Sequence record: NC_020851.1
Reading direction: 5' to 3' (one strand)
Length of the DNA stretch: 64,000 nt
In this document: in pieces, positions 50,338 to 60,492 of the stretch
Layout of the letters: each line of letters starts with the position of its first letter
How positions within the stretch are numbered: position 1 is the first letter of the stretch
Notes under the pieces: model-generated
Told to the model about the DNA's origin: nothing
Databases searched by the model: none
What the model saw: the letters and a program-made list of their open reading frames with translations, nothing else
Position numbers and translations under genes: made by a program

Positions 50338-51004
50338 ATAGTTCCAGTTTATCTGTAACAAACTTTCTAATGTATTCGGTAAGAAGTTTGATGTACTTTG
50401 ATTTGTCTCTTTCTTCGTAGACGACGCATTCTCCATTTTCACAAGCCATGATGATTACAAATTTTTTGACCGGAATACCAGTCATTTCATACAACATACA
50501 ACCATATGCTGCACATTGGACAAAATAGTTTTCGATCCAATTTCTTGGTTTCGGTTTTTTAGAAGTCTTGAAGTCAATTATTGCTAATTCACCCTCGTAT
50601 TCTGCAATACAATCGACGGTTCCAGCAATTCCTAACTGCTTACTATATAGGGAAGTTTCCAGAGCATGAATATTATCAATATTCTTTAAAGTTCCCTTAG
50701 AAATCTTAAATAAGAACTCAGAAATAGGACGAACTTTTGGAAGATCTTCATTCTTCAGATGATACTCTACAAGAGTATGCATGTCTGTTCCACGACCAGT
50801 TGCCGCCTTTGTGACTCGATTTGCTTCTTCATCACCAACTCTTTTTCTCCATTTTACAAAAGTTTCCTTATTAAAATGACTAGTCACCGAGGTAATCGAG
50901 ACCAGTCTTAGGAGTTCTTCTTCATGAGGAACAGAATAATATCTGACTCCATCAATAGTCTCCCTTTCAAGAGTAGGGAGATTCAAATCAACATGATTAA
51001 ACAT
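50324..51004 (-). CDS. PD-(D/E)XK exonuclease (cyanophage exonuclease A, Cas4-like fold)
   Basis: SITSV...GTDMH...AGTVDCIA...IIDFKTS...YFVQ..AY. Confidence 0.85.
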   Translation of the reverse strand: MFNHVDLNLPTLERETIDGVRYYSVPHEEELLRLVSITSVTSHFNKETFVKWRKRVGDEEANRVTKAATGRGTDMHTLVEYHLKNEDLPKVRPISEFLFKISKGTLKNIDNIHALETSLYSKQLGIAGTVDCIAEYEGELAIIDFKTSKKPKPRNWIENYFVQCAAYGCMLYEMTGIPVKKFVIIMACENGECVVYEERDKSKYIKLLTEYIRKFVTDKLELYGTE

Positions 51005-51764
51005 TAAAAACCTGCTTCTGTTTTTGCTACGATATACTCTTTGACTAGACCAGATCGAACAATATCATCAATACCAAACTCAATTATATCAAATGATGGC
51101 ATTTTACGCAAGATGTTCATAAAGTCAACAATACCATTCCTTTCATTTGCCTTATTCAAATCTGACTGACGAGCATCACCACAGAAACAAATTTTGGTAT
51201 TTTCACCAACACGAGTGATGATACTATCGAGTTCATGAAAATTCAGGTTCTGAAATTCATCAACAATTACAATCGCATCATCAAGTGTGGTTCCACGAAG
51301 AAATGATGTGCTCCAGAATTTAATTGATTCTTGAGATTTGAGATTGCCATATAACATCTCAAAATCAGCATCACTTGGCATCTGAAACATATACTTTACC
51401 ATATTCTTATATGGAATTTGGTAGATGTCTGCCTTGTCTTCATGGGATCCAGGAAGAAACCCAATCTCTCTAGTTGCTACAAGAGACCTCACAAGGTATA
51501 TTCTCTCATAAGGAGTGTTCTCATCTAATACATCTTTAAGTGCGTTGAAGAGGGTTATAAAAGTCTTTCCTGTCCCTGCACAACCATATGCGACTAAATG
51601 CTTTCCTTCCTTATAAGAATCAAATAATCTTTTTTGATTATCATTACGTGGGTCTATGTCTATTAAGTATGAAGAACTTAGTGGTTTCTTTTTTTCATCT
51701 GCTTTGTTGAAAGACCAACTCCAATGGGTTGATCATTCGCAGATGCTCTTTTTCTTCTTGCCAT
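51004..51764 (-). CDS. phoH: PhoH-family ATPase (one homopolymer frameshift)
   Basis: GCAGTGKT Walker A, REIGFLPG, TSFLRG, VDEFQN, GDARQSD. Confidence 0.9.
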
Positions 51765-52012
51765 TAGATTTTACTCACTTTTGAACCCGGTGCTTTTGAT
51801 GCCTTATTTAAAACCTCATTCCATCCAGGATTTCTTGCTACGAGTTTATCTCTCCATTCACCAACTTCTGTAGGTTGGGGACAAGTGGATGGATCTGACC
51901 AATCACGAATCCAATCACTATTATCTTCGCACCATTTTGGCCATTCATGAATACTCAGAACTACTTCCTTCTGTTCACCAGTTTCTTTATTAATAATCGG
52001 ATACGTTGCCAT
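51764..52012 (-). CDS. Conserved small protein upstream of phoH
   Basis: MATYP...ETGEQKEV...GW.EVL.K..K.PGS. Confidence 0.7.
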   Translation of the reverse strand: MATYPIINKETGEQKEVVLSIHEWPKWCEDNSDWIRDWSDPSTCPQPTEVGEWRDKLVARNPGWNEVLNKASKAPGSKVSKI

Positions 52013-52036
52013 TTTATCAATTCAGTATAAAAATAT

Positions 52037-52672
52037 TTAGATCCATTCCAGTGCTTCTGCTACTGTTGGAAATTGTTCTATAAAAACATTTTTACATGCT
52101 TCTGCAATATCCATGTGCTCTTTTTGAGTTCCATGAGCAGATCTCAAATCAATATAATGCACCCAGCTGCGGCAAGATCCGCTCATATAAAGTCTTGTAG
52201 GAGTTGCTAAAGGAAGTACAAATCTTGCACATTCCTTTGCAATTCCATCACTGAGCATTTCTTGATATAGTTCCATACCTCTGGAAAAATAATCTTGCAT
52301 CAACATTTGATACTTCTGAACTTTAAATTCATCAATATCATCAATAGAATTCTGCCTGTTTTTTGTATCTTGACGACGAAGTTCTGGTAGAGGAATATTT
52401 GTACTTAGTAGAGAACTATCAGCATATCTCTGAGAAAACTCTTGAAATGTAAAACTCCGATGACGCAAGATTTGAGCCGCAAGTCCTCTTGTGGTCTCAA
52501 TCTCAAGAGTCATGAATGACTGCTCAAAGACACTCCAGTGCTGATGTTTAACGCAATACTTGAGAAGACCTGCAACCTTTGGATTCTCTTGATTAGAGGG
52601 ATTTGACACTCGTGCCACATATCCCATCATTTTTTCAGCATCAGGTGTAACACTGATCAATTTTACATTCAT
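52037..52672 (-). CDS. thyX: Flavin-dependent thymidylate synthase
   Basis: HWSVFE, QILRHRSFTFQEFSQRY, ECARFVLP, RSWVHYIDLR. Confidence 0.95.
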   Translation of the reverse strand: MNVKLISVTPDAEKMMGYVARVSNPSNQENPKVAGLLKYCVKHQHWSVFEQSFMTLEIETTRGLAAQILRHRSFTFQEFSQRYADSSLLSTNIPLPELRRQDTKNRQNSIDDIDEFKVQKYQMLMQDYFSRGMELYQEMLSDGIAKECARFVLPLATPTRLYMSGSCRSWVHYIDLRSAHGTQKEHMDIAEACKNVFIEQFPTVAEALEWI

Positions 52673-53023
52673 GCTCCAAATCCTTTTGAGTTCTTTTTAT
52701 CTATATCAACAATCTGCTGTTTTACCGAACGCAGTTGTGATTTCATTTCTCTGATGCTTTCTTCACTGTAGAGGTAATCTTTCTCGATCAGTCTCTCAAG
52801 CAATTTTACCAGTTCTTTTGCTTTTTTGTTTCAGTCATTTTCCTCATCATAGACTTCATCGTAATCTTCAGTATATTCACTATATGGATTATAGTCTACC
52901 TTATCATCTCTATCAGAATTTACTTCTGCCTTTAGAGAATCTAAAAGAAGTTCCAAATTACGAATGATCAAATTAACTCTTTCTTTTTCCATACACTATA
53001 TTACTTCGATGTCATTATAGCAT

Positions 53024-53046
53024 AAAAAAGAGGGTCTTGCGACCCC
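53024..53046 (-). terminator. Rho-independent terminator
   Basis: GGGGTC-GCAA-GACCCTC hairpin followed by T6. Confidence 0.8.
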
Positions 53047-53070
53047 CAGTAAAGTTAAGTGCGTTAATTA

Positions 53071-53214
53071 TCAACTTTTAGATGCAAACTTGCGTTCGAT
53101 TTTGATACCACGATACATGAGATTGTGGTTACGATTTGCGGTTTGCTCTGCCAACACAGCAGCTTTGTATGCTTCTGGGTTGTACTTAACACCACGATAA
53201 GTGATAGTAGACAT
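53071..53214 (-). CDS. DUF4278/GifB(IF17)-like peptide (47 aa)
   Basis: Manual translation MSTITYRGVKYNPEAYKAAVLAEQTANRNHNLMYRGIKIERKFASKS with two YRG motifs; GGAG RBS. Confidence 0.8.
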   Translation of the reverse strand: MSTITYRGVKYNPEAYKAAVLAEQTANRNHNLMYRGIKIERKFASKS

Positions 53215-53246
53215 GATTTTACTCCTAAAGTAATTGGATTTTTAGG

Positions 53247-53427
53247 CCCGTTCCTTTAGTCGTTTGCGTCCCAATAACATTCGGGATTTGACTCCTTCAT
53301 TGTCTCAACCAACTCAATCCTAAAGTCATTACCAATGTTCTCATTTTTCTGCATACGCAGGATGATAGAATCAGTTTGCTGACAGGTGAGGGTTGTGTAG
53401 AATAATAGTTCTAACATGGGATGAACG
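53247..53427 (-). ncRNA. Second glutamine-riboswitch-like aptamer with an ORF-sized P2 insertion
   Basis: 5' half CGUUCAUCCC (53427-53418) and 3' half GGGACGCAAACGACUAAAGGAACGGG (53272-53247). Confidence 0.65.
53256..53417 (-). CDS. Small protein (53 aa) nested within a riboswitch-like RNA
   Basis: Manual translation MLELLFYTTLTCQQTDSIILRMQKNENIGNDFRIELVETMKESNPECYWDAND. Confidence 0.65.
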   Translation of the reverse strand: MLELLFYTTLTCQQTDSIILRMQKNENIGNDFRIELVETMKESNPECYWDAND

Positions 53428-53429
53428 CT

Positions 53430-53474
53430 CCGTTCCGCGACTTACTTGCGTCAGAGTTTCCTCTGATGAACGAT
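53430..53474 (-). ncRNA. Glutamine-riboswitch-like aptamer (glnA/Downstream-peptide type)
   Basis: AUCGUUCA-UCAGAG-GAAA-CUCUGA-CGCAAGUAAGUCGC-GGAACGG: P1 CGUUC/GAACG, perfect GAAA-capped P2, CGCAAGUAA junction; upstream of a DUF4278-like gene. Confidence 0.75.
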
Positions 53475-53501
53475 AGGTCTATTATAGACCCTATACTGTA
53501 T

Positions 53502-54065
53502 TTAGTCAACCCCACACTCAGATTTGTTAAAAATAACGGATGTTGTCATTTTATTCAATGCTTCATCACCATAATTATCAAGCATATATTCACACATTTT
53601 AGAAAAAATTCTAGGAGATTTACTAGTGAACAAATCATTAATTTCAGATTTAATAGAACGAATAAAAAATTTAAGTTCTTCTCTATTCGTATATTTGTCG
53701 GAAAGTAGATCATACCTTTTAAAAAGACGAAAGTATTTTTCTCTATCAATCTCTTTGATAAATCTTTTTGCAATAACCATTTTTCTTATAATTTTTTCAA
53801 GTTGTTCATAATCATCATGATACTCAGGCAAATCTAAAGACTCAAAATAAGATTTTTTAACTTTAAGTGTTGAATACAAAAACCAAATTTCATCATCCAC
53901 AAGAGAAAGATCATCATCTGATAATGCAGAAATACTTTCGGGATTTAAAAATAAAACATCATTAATACAAGACAAAAAAAGTTTTAATTTACAATCTACT
54001 AAAGGTGAAATTCTTTTTGGTCTTTGAAGATCAGATGGAGTTAGGGGAATCATTTCGAGTGTCAT
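53502..54065 (-). CDS. AT-rich hypothetical protein with its own early-type promoter
   Basis: 187-aa ORF; hairpin AGCACC/GGTGCT plus GTCACA element at 54105-54130. Confidence 0.55.
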   Translation of the reverse strand: MTLEMIPLTPSDLQRPKRISPLVDCKLKLFLSCINDVLFLNPESISALSDDDLSLVDDEIWFLYSTLKVKKSYFESLDLPEYHDDYEQLEKIIRKMVIAKRFIKEIDREKYFRLFKRYDLLSDKYTNREELKFFIRSIKSEINDLFTSKSPRIFSKMCEYMLDNYGDEALNKMTTSVIFNKSECGVD

Positions 54066-54193
54066 GTCATTGTGATTGACTACTCCCGTATTATAAACGA
54101 AAAAGCACCCCTGTGAAGAGGTGCTGTGACAATTTTATAATCGACCCTACAGACCAAAAAATTGCTGGAGATTTTTTCCCGACTTTTTTGGAA

Positions 54194-55550
54194 CTATTTC
54201 CGCTTTTTGGTTGGGGGTGGTGGTTCCAGTCCCCATAGTTTTGGATTGGTTCTTCCCATACCAAAACCAATACCCTTCAAATTCTCACGGAACTTATCCC
54301 AGTACATGTTAAAGATACGAACTTCCTTCTGACTACGAGTCAAATCATATCTCGTCTCTCCATCAACCACATAGGTGATTATCATGGCATCATAAGGACA
54401 ATCTTTAGTAGATACTTTTTCCCAAGTTCCATTTTCTATCAGTATATCACATCCATATACGGATTTAGAATTTTCTTTTTCTGATGGTGTCCATGAAGTC
54501 ATAGACTGTTCCTCTTCTATTTTAGTGGGAGCATCTCCCAATTGATTTGCCATAATTATGAACGATTACCCCAAGTAATATCTGGATATGCTTCACTTAC
54601 AATTTCTTTTGTGATCTTATATCTATCGGAAAGTTTTTTATCCTTACAAAGACAAACAATCTCTGCTTCTAATGGATGAAGTCCCTCAAGAATATTAATA
54701 AACATTGTCTCACGACGAACACCACTCATGGCATCATTGCCACCCTTAAGAAAGTGATAGAAGTTTTTAAACTCTCTACGAATTGTGGTGTGTCCATTCT
54801 TATCACTCGAACCCATAGAAAATGAATCCATTTCATGCATTCTACGAACTTCTTCTGTGATTTTAGTGGTCAGAGTTCCATTTGATGATGCCTGATCCTC
54901 AAATCCAGAATATGGAACCTCACCTTCAGGAAGCATAGAAATTATACTTTCATCAAAGTTCCAAATTAATGTTGCCTTCAAAGAAACATGTTCATACTTC
55001 TTCAGAACTTCAATCTTCTTTGCCTTGCTTCTTTGTTTGGAAACAAGATCCAAAACTTCAAAGACAAATGGATTCTTTGGAAGTTCTAATGATACTGCCT
55101 TAGTCGTTGTCGTTTTCTTCTTCGTTGCTGTCGTCATAGTTTTCAAAATTAAATGCGATTACTTCATCTGGAATAAGATTTCCTTGCTCATCAAACAATT
55201 CAGGATGCAACTTGGGAATTTCCCGATAGTTCATCATGTATTCTCTGGCAGTCCAACCAATCATCAGACCCATCATGAGAAATAAAATAGTCAGAAATGA
55301 ACCAAATACTAAACTAGTTGCTAACATTTTTCTTACTCCGGGATGTCTTGATAGAAAATTCAAAATGAATATTTACTTTCCATCTCAGAAAGCAAACCAT
55401 CTTTTCAAACATAATGTGAAATGGTCTTGTTTGCTTTCTCTTACCTCCATTGAGCAAGAATTCAACACCACGATTTATGTGGTCTTCATTTTTATTTATG
55501 TTAAGACTTGATGACTTGTTGTTCTCTGAGGAATTTGATTGTGTCAACAC
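54194..55550 (-). other. Four conserved cyanophage hypothetical ORFs (54194-54553, 54556-55146, 55100-55363, 55314-55550)
   Basis: Coupled ORFs in the usual position between nrdC and thyX; the 54556 ORF has RRETMFINILEGLHPLEAE. Confidence 0.65.
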
Positions 55551-55743
55551 ATCCTCCTAATTTTTTATCGTCACATACTACTTGTGGAAAAGTAGAACCC
55601 CTACCAAATTTAGCATAGAATTCTTCTCGTGTAAAGTCTTCCTCAAGATTATAGGATACGAACTGTGTTCCTGTCAACTCTAGTACTTGTTTAATCTTAT
55701 AGCAATGAGGACAATTTTCTTTTGTGTAAACTTTAAAATTCAT
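55501..55743 (-). CDS. nrdC: Glutaredoxin
   Basis: CPHC active site, TFPQV, LGG. Confidence 0.9.
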   Translation of the reverse strand: MNFKVYTKENCPHCYKIKQVLELTGTQFVSYNLEEDFTREEFYAKFGRGSTFPQVVCDDKKLGGCVDTIKFLREQQVIKS

Positions 55744-55809
55744 ATTATTTTTTTCCTTTATATATTATACCACAGAAATAAGAATAAATAATTCAAAATA
55801 GATTTTGTA

Positions 55810-56388
55810 ATGAGCAATTTTTCTGATAGGGGGTGGTATTACCTTCCTGAAATTATTACTAAAGAAGAAGCAATAAGAGTTAAGTATCAAAATCTTTGTG
55901 GTGCTATGAGTGATTTAGGATCACTTGAAGGGCACTGGGATGAAGAAAGAGGAAGAGTATTAACTTGTTATGCACCACCATCATCCACATTTGTAGTTCA
56001 TAGAGTCAAACCAATTCTTGAAGAACTATTAGGAGAAGAACTTATTCCATCTTACTGGTTCACGACAACTTATCATAACAAAGGTTGGATGAATTGTCAT
56101 ACTGATAGACCCTCATGTGAAATATCAGTTACTATGAATATTTTTGGTGATGCAAAATGGCCTATAAAACTTAAAGATCTTACAGGAAAACGTCAGGAAG
56201 TTGTAACTCCTCCTGGTGATGGTCTTGCATACTTAGGAACAATTGTTCCACATTGGAGAAGTCCATTAAGAACTCATAAGAATGACAGTTTTATGCAACT
56301 CTTTTTACATTATGTAAGAAAGAATGGTCCTTATGCAGACTATGCCTACGATAGAAATCAAAAATGTTATGACTTACTCACCACCTAA
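55810..56388 (+). CDS. 2OG-Fe(II) oxygenase-like protein
   Basis: HTDRPSCEISVT (HxD), HWR, QLFLHY. Confidence 0.8.
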   Translation: MSNFSDRGWYYLPEIITKEEAIRVKYQNLCGAMSDLGSLEGHWDEERGRVLTCYAPPSSTFVVHRVKPILEELLGEELIPSYWFTTTYHNKGWMNCHTDRPSCEISVTMNIFGDAKWPIKLKDLTGKRQEVVTPPGDGLAYLGTIVPHWRSPLRTHKNDSFMQLFLHYVRKNGPYADYAYDRNQKCYDLLTT

Positions 56389-57108
56389 AAGATTTTCTGG
56401 TTCTGGTAATGCAGGAAGAGTATCATTAATCAATACGATAGATCTCAATTTTTGCGAATAATCTTTAGTGATATTTGCATCAACTTCAACTGAAGATGGA
56501 GAAGCAGGGAAAACATCTGTTGTAATTCCCACAGATGGTAAATCTCTTAGAGTAGTTCTCCAATTCTTAAACTCATCGGTTAAGACACTTCCATCCTCTG
56601 TTGTTTTTGTAACAATCCAATCAGTCTCTTTCAAAACTTCATCTCTAATTATTCTTATTTCACCATATCTTTTTTCAGTTTGTCTTGTATCATAATTAGA
56701 AATCTCAGTATTCCATTGTTCTTGAGTTAATATTGTAAGACCATCATTTTCTACAATAGTATTTGTTTCTCTGTAAGTTACGTCATGTACAGTTACTGTG
56801 GTTGTTTCTCCAGTTTCTTCTCTAGTTTCTTCGTTTATAACAGGTTCTTCAAACTGCCTTTCTGTAGAACTTACTACTGTAATATTTGAGTCACTCTGAT
56901 ACTCTGCCAAAACTGCTGGAGTTACAGTTTTTGAATACTCAAAATACTCTGGAACTCTTGATAAACAAATATGATCTCCATTCTCATCTGTTAAACGATA
57001 AACAATTTCCAATCCTTTTAATTTTGGAAATACATATCCTCTTATATCACCTCTTATCCATTCTCCAGTATCTCTATCCACTAAAAAGTGTTTAATTAAT
57101 TGAGACAT
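56374..57108 (-). CDS. Tail-fibre assembly chaperone-like protein
   Basis: C-terminal RDEVLKETDW...WRTTLRDLP...FPASP motif. Confidence 0.6.
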   Translation of the reverse strand: MSQLIKHFLVDRDTGEWIRGDIRGYVFPKLKGLEIVYRLTDENGDHICLSRVPEYFEYSKTVTPAVLAEYQSDSNITVVSSTERQFEEPVINEETREETGETTTVTVHDVTYRETNTIVENDGLTILTQEQWNTEISNYDTRQTEKRYGEIRIIRDEVLKETDWIVTKTTEDGSVLTDEFKNWRTTLRDLPSVGITTDVFPASPSSVEVDANITKDYSQKLRSIVLINDTLPALPEPENLLGGE

Positions 57109-57113
57109 TTTTA

Positions 57114-57775
57114 TCAGTACACATTTATATTGTATTTATCTTCTATCTCTTTATCAATCTCTGCTTTCGTAGGCATACCTTGAACAGTCATCCAGTTTAC
57201 CATTGCATAACGAGTTCCTGAGATGACTGGTTCTACTTTATGAAGATAAAATTGCGAAGATGGAAAAGCAACTAACAATCCTGGTTCTGGTTTAATACGG
57301 ACTCTAAGATCTGGAAATACAAATTCCCCACCTTCAAAATCATCATTTAAAAAAGAATTGTTGATAAGTCTCTGTCTACAGACTTCTTCCATATGATAGA
57401 ACCATCAGGGTTCTTCCACCTTGATACTGCATCATAATGAGATTTATAGTGCCCTCCTGGTTCATATACAAGCAGCTGAGGGACTTCACTATCTCTTATC
57501 TTAAACTCATAAAAAGGATTGATTACATGATGAACAATGTTGTCATAAAGTTCTTTAACTTCACCAATAATTTTTGAGATATCAGAACAATCTACATTTC
57601 TTACACTCAAATCAATCTTTGATGGATGATCTTCTTTGTTTTGATTTGCTTTTTCTCCATCAAACACACCCATCTTATCTTTAGGTGCAATCTTTGCATG
57701 ATTCACTAAGAAATCAATTCCTTCTTTTGATACAACTTTTGGTTGTATCAATACATTTCTAAGTATATCATTCAT
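57114..57775 (-). CDS. Prolyl-4-hydroxylase-like 2OG-Fe(II) oxygenase (one homopolymer frameshift)
   Basis: QLLVYEPGGHYKSHYD...LSTILFLNDDFEGGEF...FPS...HKVEPVISGTRY. Confidence 0.85.
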
Positions 57776-57805
57776 ATCATAATGATGTAGGTATTTTATT
57801 TAGTT

Positions 57806-59658
57806 TTAGTTTGAGAGTGCTGCTAATTCTTTCCTTGCTTGGGTTAAATTATTACCTGGTGCTGATGTAGTCTCATTCGAGAAATCAATACGGTCTATTG
57901 TGTCAACCTGAGGTGGAACATAACCACCACCAAAGTAACCATAAGAACTACTTGAGACTGCACCTAAACCATTTCTTCCTTGAGTTAAGGTAGCAGTTAC
58001 TGGTGATGTAGTCTCATTTGAAAAATCAATACGGTCTATTGTGTCCTTATAATATGACGGAGTGAAAGGTGGAGCAAAACCACCACCAAAGTAACCATAA
58101 GAACTACTTGAGACTGCTGCTAAACTATGTCTTCCTTGAGGTAGATTATTTCCTGGTGCCGATGTAGTCTCATTAGAAAAATCAATACGGTCTACTGTGT
58201 CAAACAGAGATCCACCACCACCAAAGTAACCATAAGAACTACTTGAGACTGCTGCTAACTTATTTCTTGCTTGAGATAAGGTAGCAGTTACTGGTGATGT
58301 AGTCTCATTAGAGAAATCAATACGGTCTATTGTGTCAACCTGAGTTGGAGTACTACCACCACCAAAGTAACCATAAGAACTACTTGAGACTGCTGCTAAA
58401 CCAAATCTTGCTTGAGTTAAATTATTACCTGGTGCCGATGTAGTCTCATTAGAAAAATCAATACGGTCTACTGTGGTAACCTGAGGTGGAGCACTACCAC
58501 CACCAAAGTAACCATAAGAACTACTTGAACATGCTGCTAAATAATATCTTGCTTGAGGTAAATTATTACCTGGTGCTGATGTAGTTTCATTAGAAAAATC
58601 AATACGGTCTACTGTGTTAACAGTAGGAAAACCACCACCACCAAAGTAACCATAAGTTCTTGATCCTTTTATTCTCTCTGATGCTCCTCCGGATACTGCT
58701 GCTAAACCGTATCTTTCTTGAGGTAAATTATTACCTGGTGCCGATGTAGTTTCATTCGAGAAATCAATACGGTCTACTGTGTTAACAGTAGGTGGAGCAG
58801 CACCACCAGCAAAGTAACCATAAGAACTACTTTGGGTTGCTGCTAAAAAACTTCTTCCTTGAGGTAGATTATTAGTCGGTGCCGATGTTGTCTCATTAGA
58901 GAAATCAATACGGTCTACTGTGGTAACAGTAGATGGACTTTCTGCTGGATTTTGACCACCACCAAAGTAACCATAAGAATTACTTGAGGTTCCTGCTAAA
59001 TAACCTCTTGCTTGAGATAAATCACCTATATCTGATACAGTCTCATTAGAGAAATCAAGACGGTCTATTGTATCAAGATAGCTTGGTGATAATCCTGGAT
59101 CTCTACCACCAGCAAAGTAACCATAAGAACTACTTGATACTGCTGCTAAACCTAGTTTTTTGCAGGTAAATTCTCAGCGGCAGCTGATCTAGTCTCATTA
59201 GAGAAATCAATACGGTCTATTGTGGTTCTAAAAGCAGGTACAAGACTCGGAGCCTGACCACCAGCAAAGTAACCATAAGAATTACTTGAGGTTCCTGCTA
59301 AAGAAGCTCTTGCTTCAGGTAAATCACCTCCTGGTAATGATAAAGTCTCATTAGAGAAATCAAGACGTTCGATTGTGGAGACATTAGGTGGAGCAAAACC
59401 ACCACCAAAGTAACCATAAGAACTAGATGAGACTGCTGCTAATTGACTTCTTGCTTCAGGTAAATTATTACCTGGTGCAGATGCAGTTTCATTCGAGAAA
59501 TCAATACGGTCTATTGTATCAAGATAAGTTGATGGTGGAGTAAAAAATCCACCACCAAAGTAACCATAAGTAGCACTCTCTGGCCAACTTTCAAAGTTGT
59601 CGTTTGCAATATTCTTTATCTGTTCTGTTCTAACTTCGTTGAGAGAAAATATTGCCAT
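57806..59658 (-). CDS. Kelch-like repeat (double beta-propeller) protein, paralog 1, about 617 aa after repairing one deletion
   Basis: Tandem about 47-aa repeats YGYFGGG-var-DRIDFSNET..PG.NLP.AR..LAAVSSS; frameshift in the A run at about 59156. Confidence 0.8.
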
Positions 59659-60489
59659 TTATAATCCGAAGACAGAATACCTTTGAGTTCTCTGTTTTTT
59701 CCAGAACTCCATATGATTATATTTATTCATAATATTCTCCGAAAGATACTTTGTATTATCACGATGTATTTTTTCTACTGTATCTCGGACATTATGCATA
59801 TTTTCTAACTTATAAACATTATCATTCTCATCTTGTTTGGTAGAAACATTCTCAAAACTATGACAATAAGATGATAACCCTATAAATTCATAGATACGAT
59901 TAAGTTCTTGTTGAGGATTTCTTACCAAATCATCATAATCAATAAGTAATAAGTATTGATTGTTTCCTTTTCTAAAGCATTCTAATAGAGCATTATATGA
60001 TTGCCCTATAATTCCTTCTGGAGACATTAGATAATCAGAACGATTATCATTTGAGATTTCTATGTCGTTTCTCATAAGACCTTCATCAATAAATGATGTA
60101 GTATTTGACTTATAAATCAGATTTAAAAATGAAGATAAAATGTCCTGAATGTTTCTTACGGGACAGATAATTTTTGGTTCAGTTGTGATGTAGTCCTGAA
60201 TGTGTTGTATTTGATTGACCCAACCTCTTGACTTATCAATAATAATGTTCTGAGAAGTATTGAAATAATAATTATAAGGTATAGAAGATAATACCTTATA
60301 AGCACCTTCGGGGTTTGGTGTTGCTTTATATTGTTCTGAATTGTATAAGAGATACTCTTCAGTATAATGAATTGTATCTAACAAAGGTGAGTTTGTAGAT
60401 GCGTGTATCTCTGGGTTCTGATTAAGTAATGCAGTTAATAAAGTCGAACCTGATCTTGGAAGACCAGACATAAAATAAAATTGTTTCAT
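59659..60489 (-). CDS. Sulfotransferase
   Basis: PAPS-binding GLPRSGSTLL, DKSRGW, PVRNIQDILSS, YDDLV..P. Confidence 0.85.
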   Translation of the reverse strand: MKQFYFMSGLPRSGSTLLTALLNQNPEIHASTNSPLLDTIHYTEEYLLYNSEQYKATPNPEGAYKVLSSIPYNYYFNTSQNIIIDKSRGWVNQIQHIQDYITTEPKIICPVRNIQDILSSFLNLIYKSNTTSFIDEGLMRNDIEISNDNRSDYLMSPEGIIGQSYNALLECFRKGNNQYLLLIDYDDLVRNPQQELNRIYEFIGLSSYCHSFENVSTKQDENDNVYKLENMHNVRDTVEKIHRDNTKYLSENIMNKYNHMEFWKKQRTQRYSVFGL

Positions 60490-60492
60490 AAA

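Noticed and set aside
50324-51004. Cas4-like nuclease as a CRISPR component
   Set aside because: It is the standard cyanomyophage exonuclease in conserved synteny between gp33 and phoH.
17438-52672. cp12, phoH, thyX and nrdC as novelties
   Set aside because: These are well-known, near-core cyanophage auxiliary or metabolic genes.
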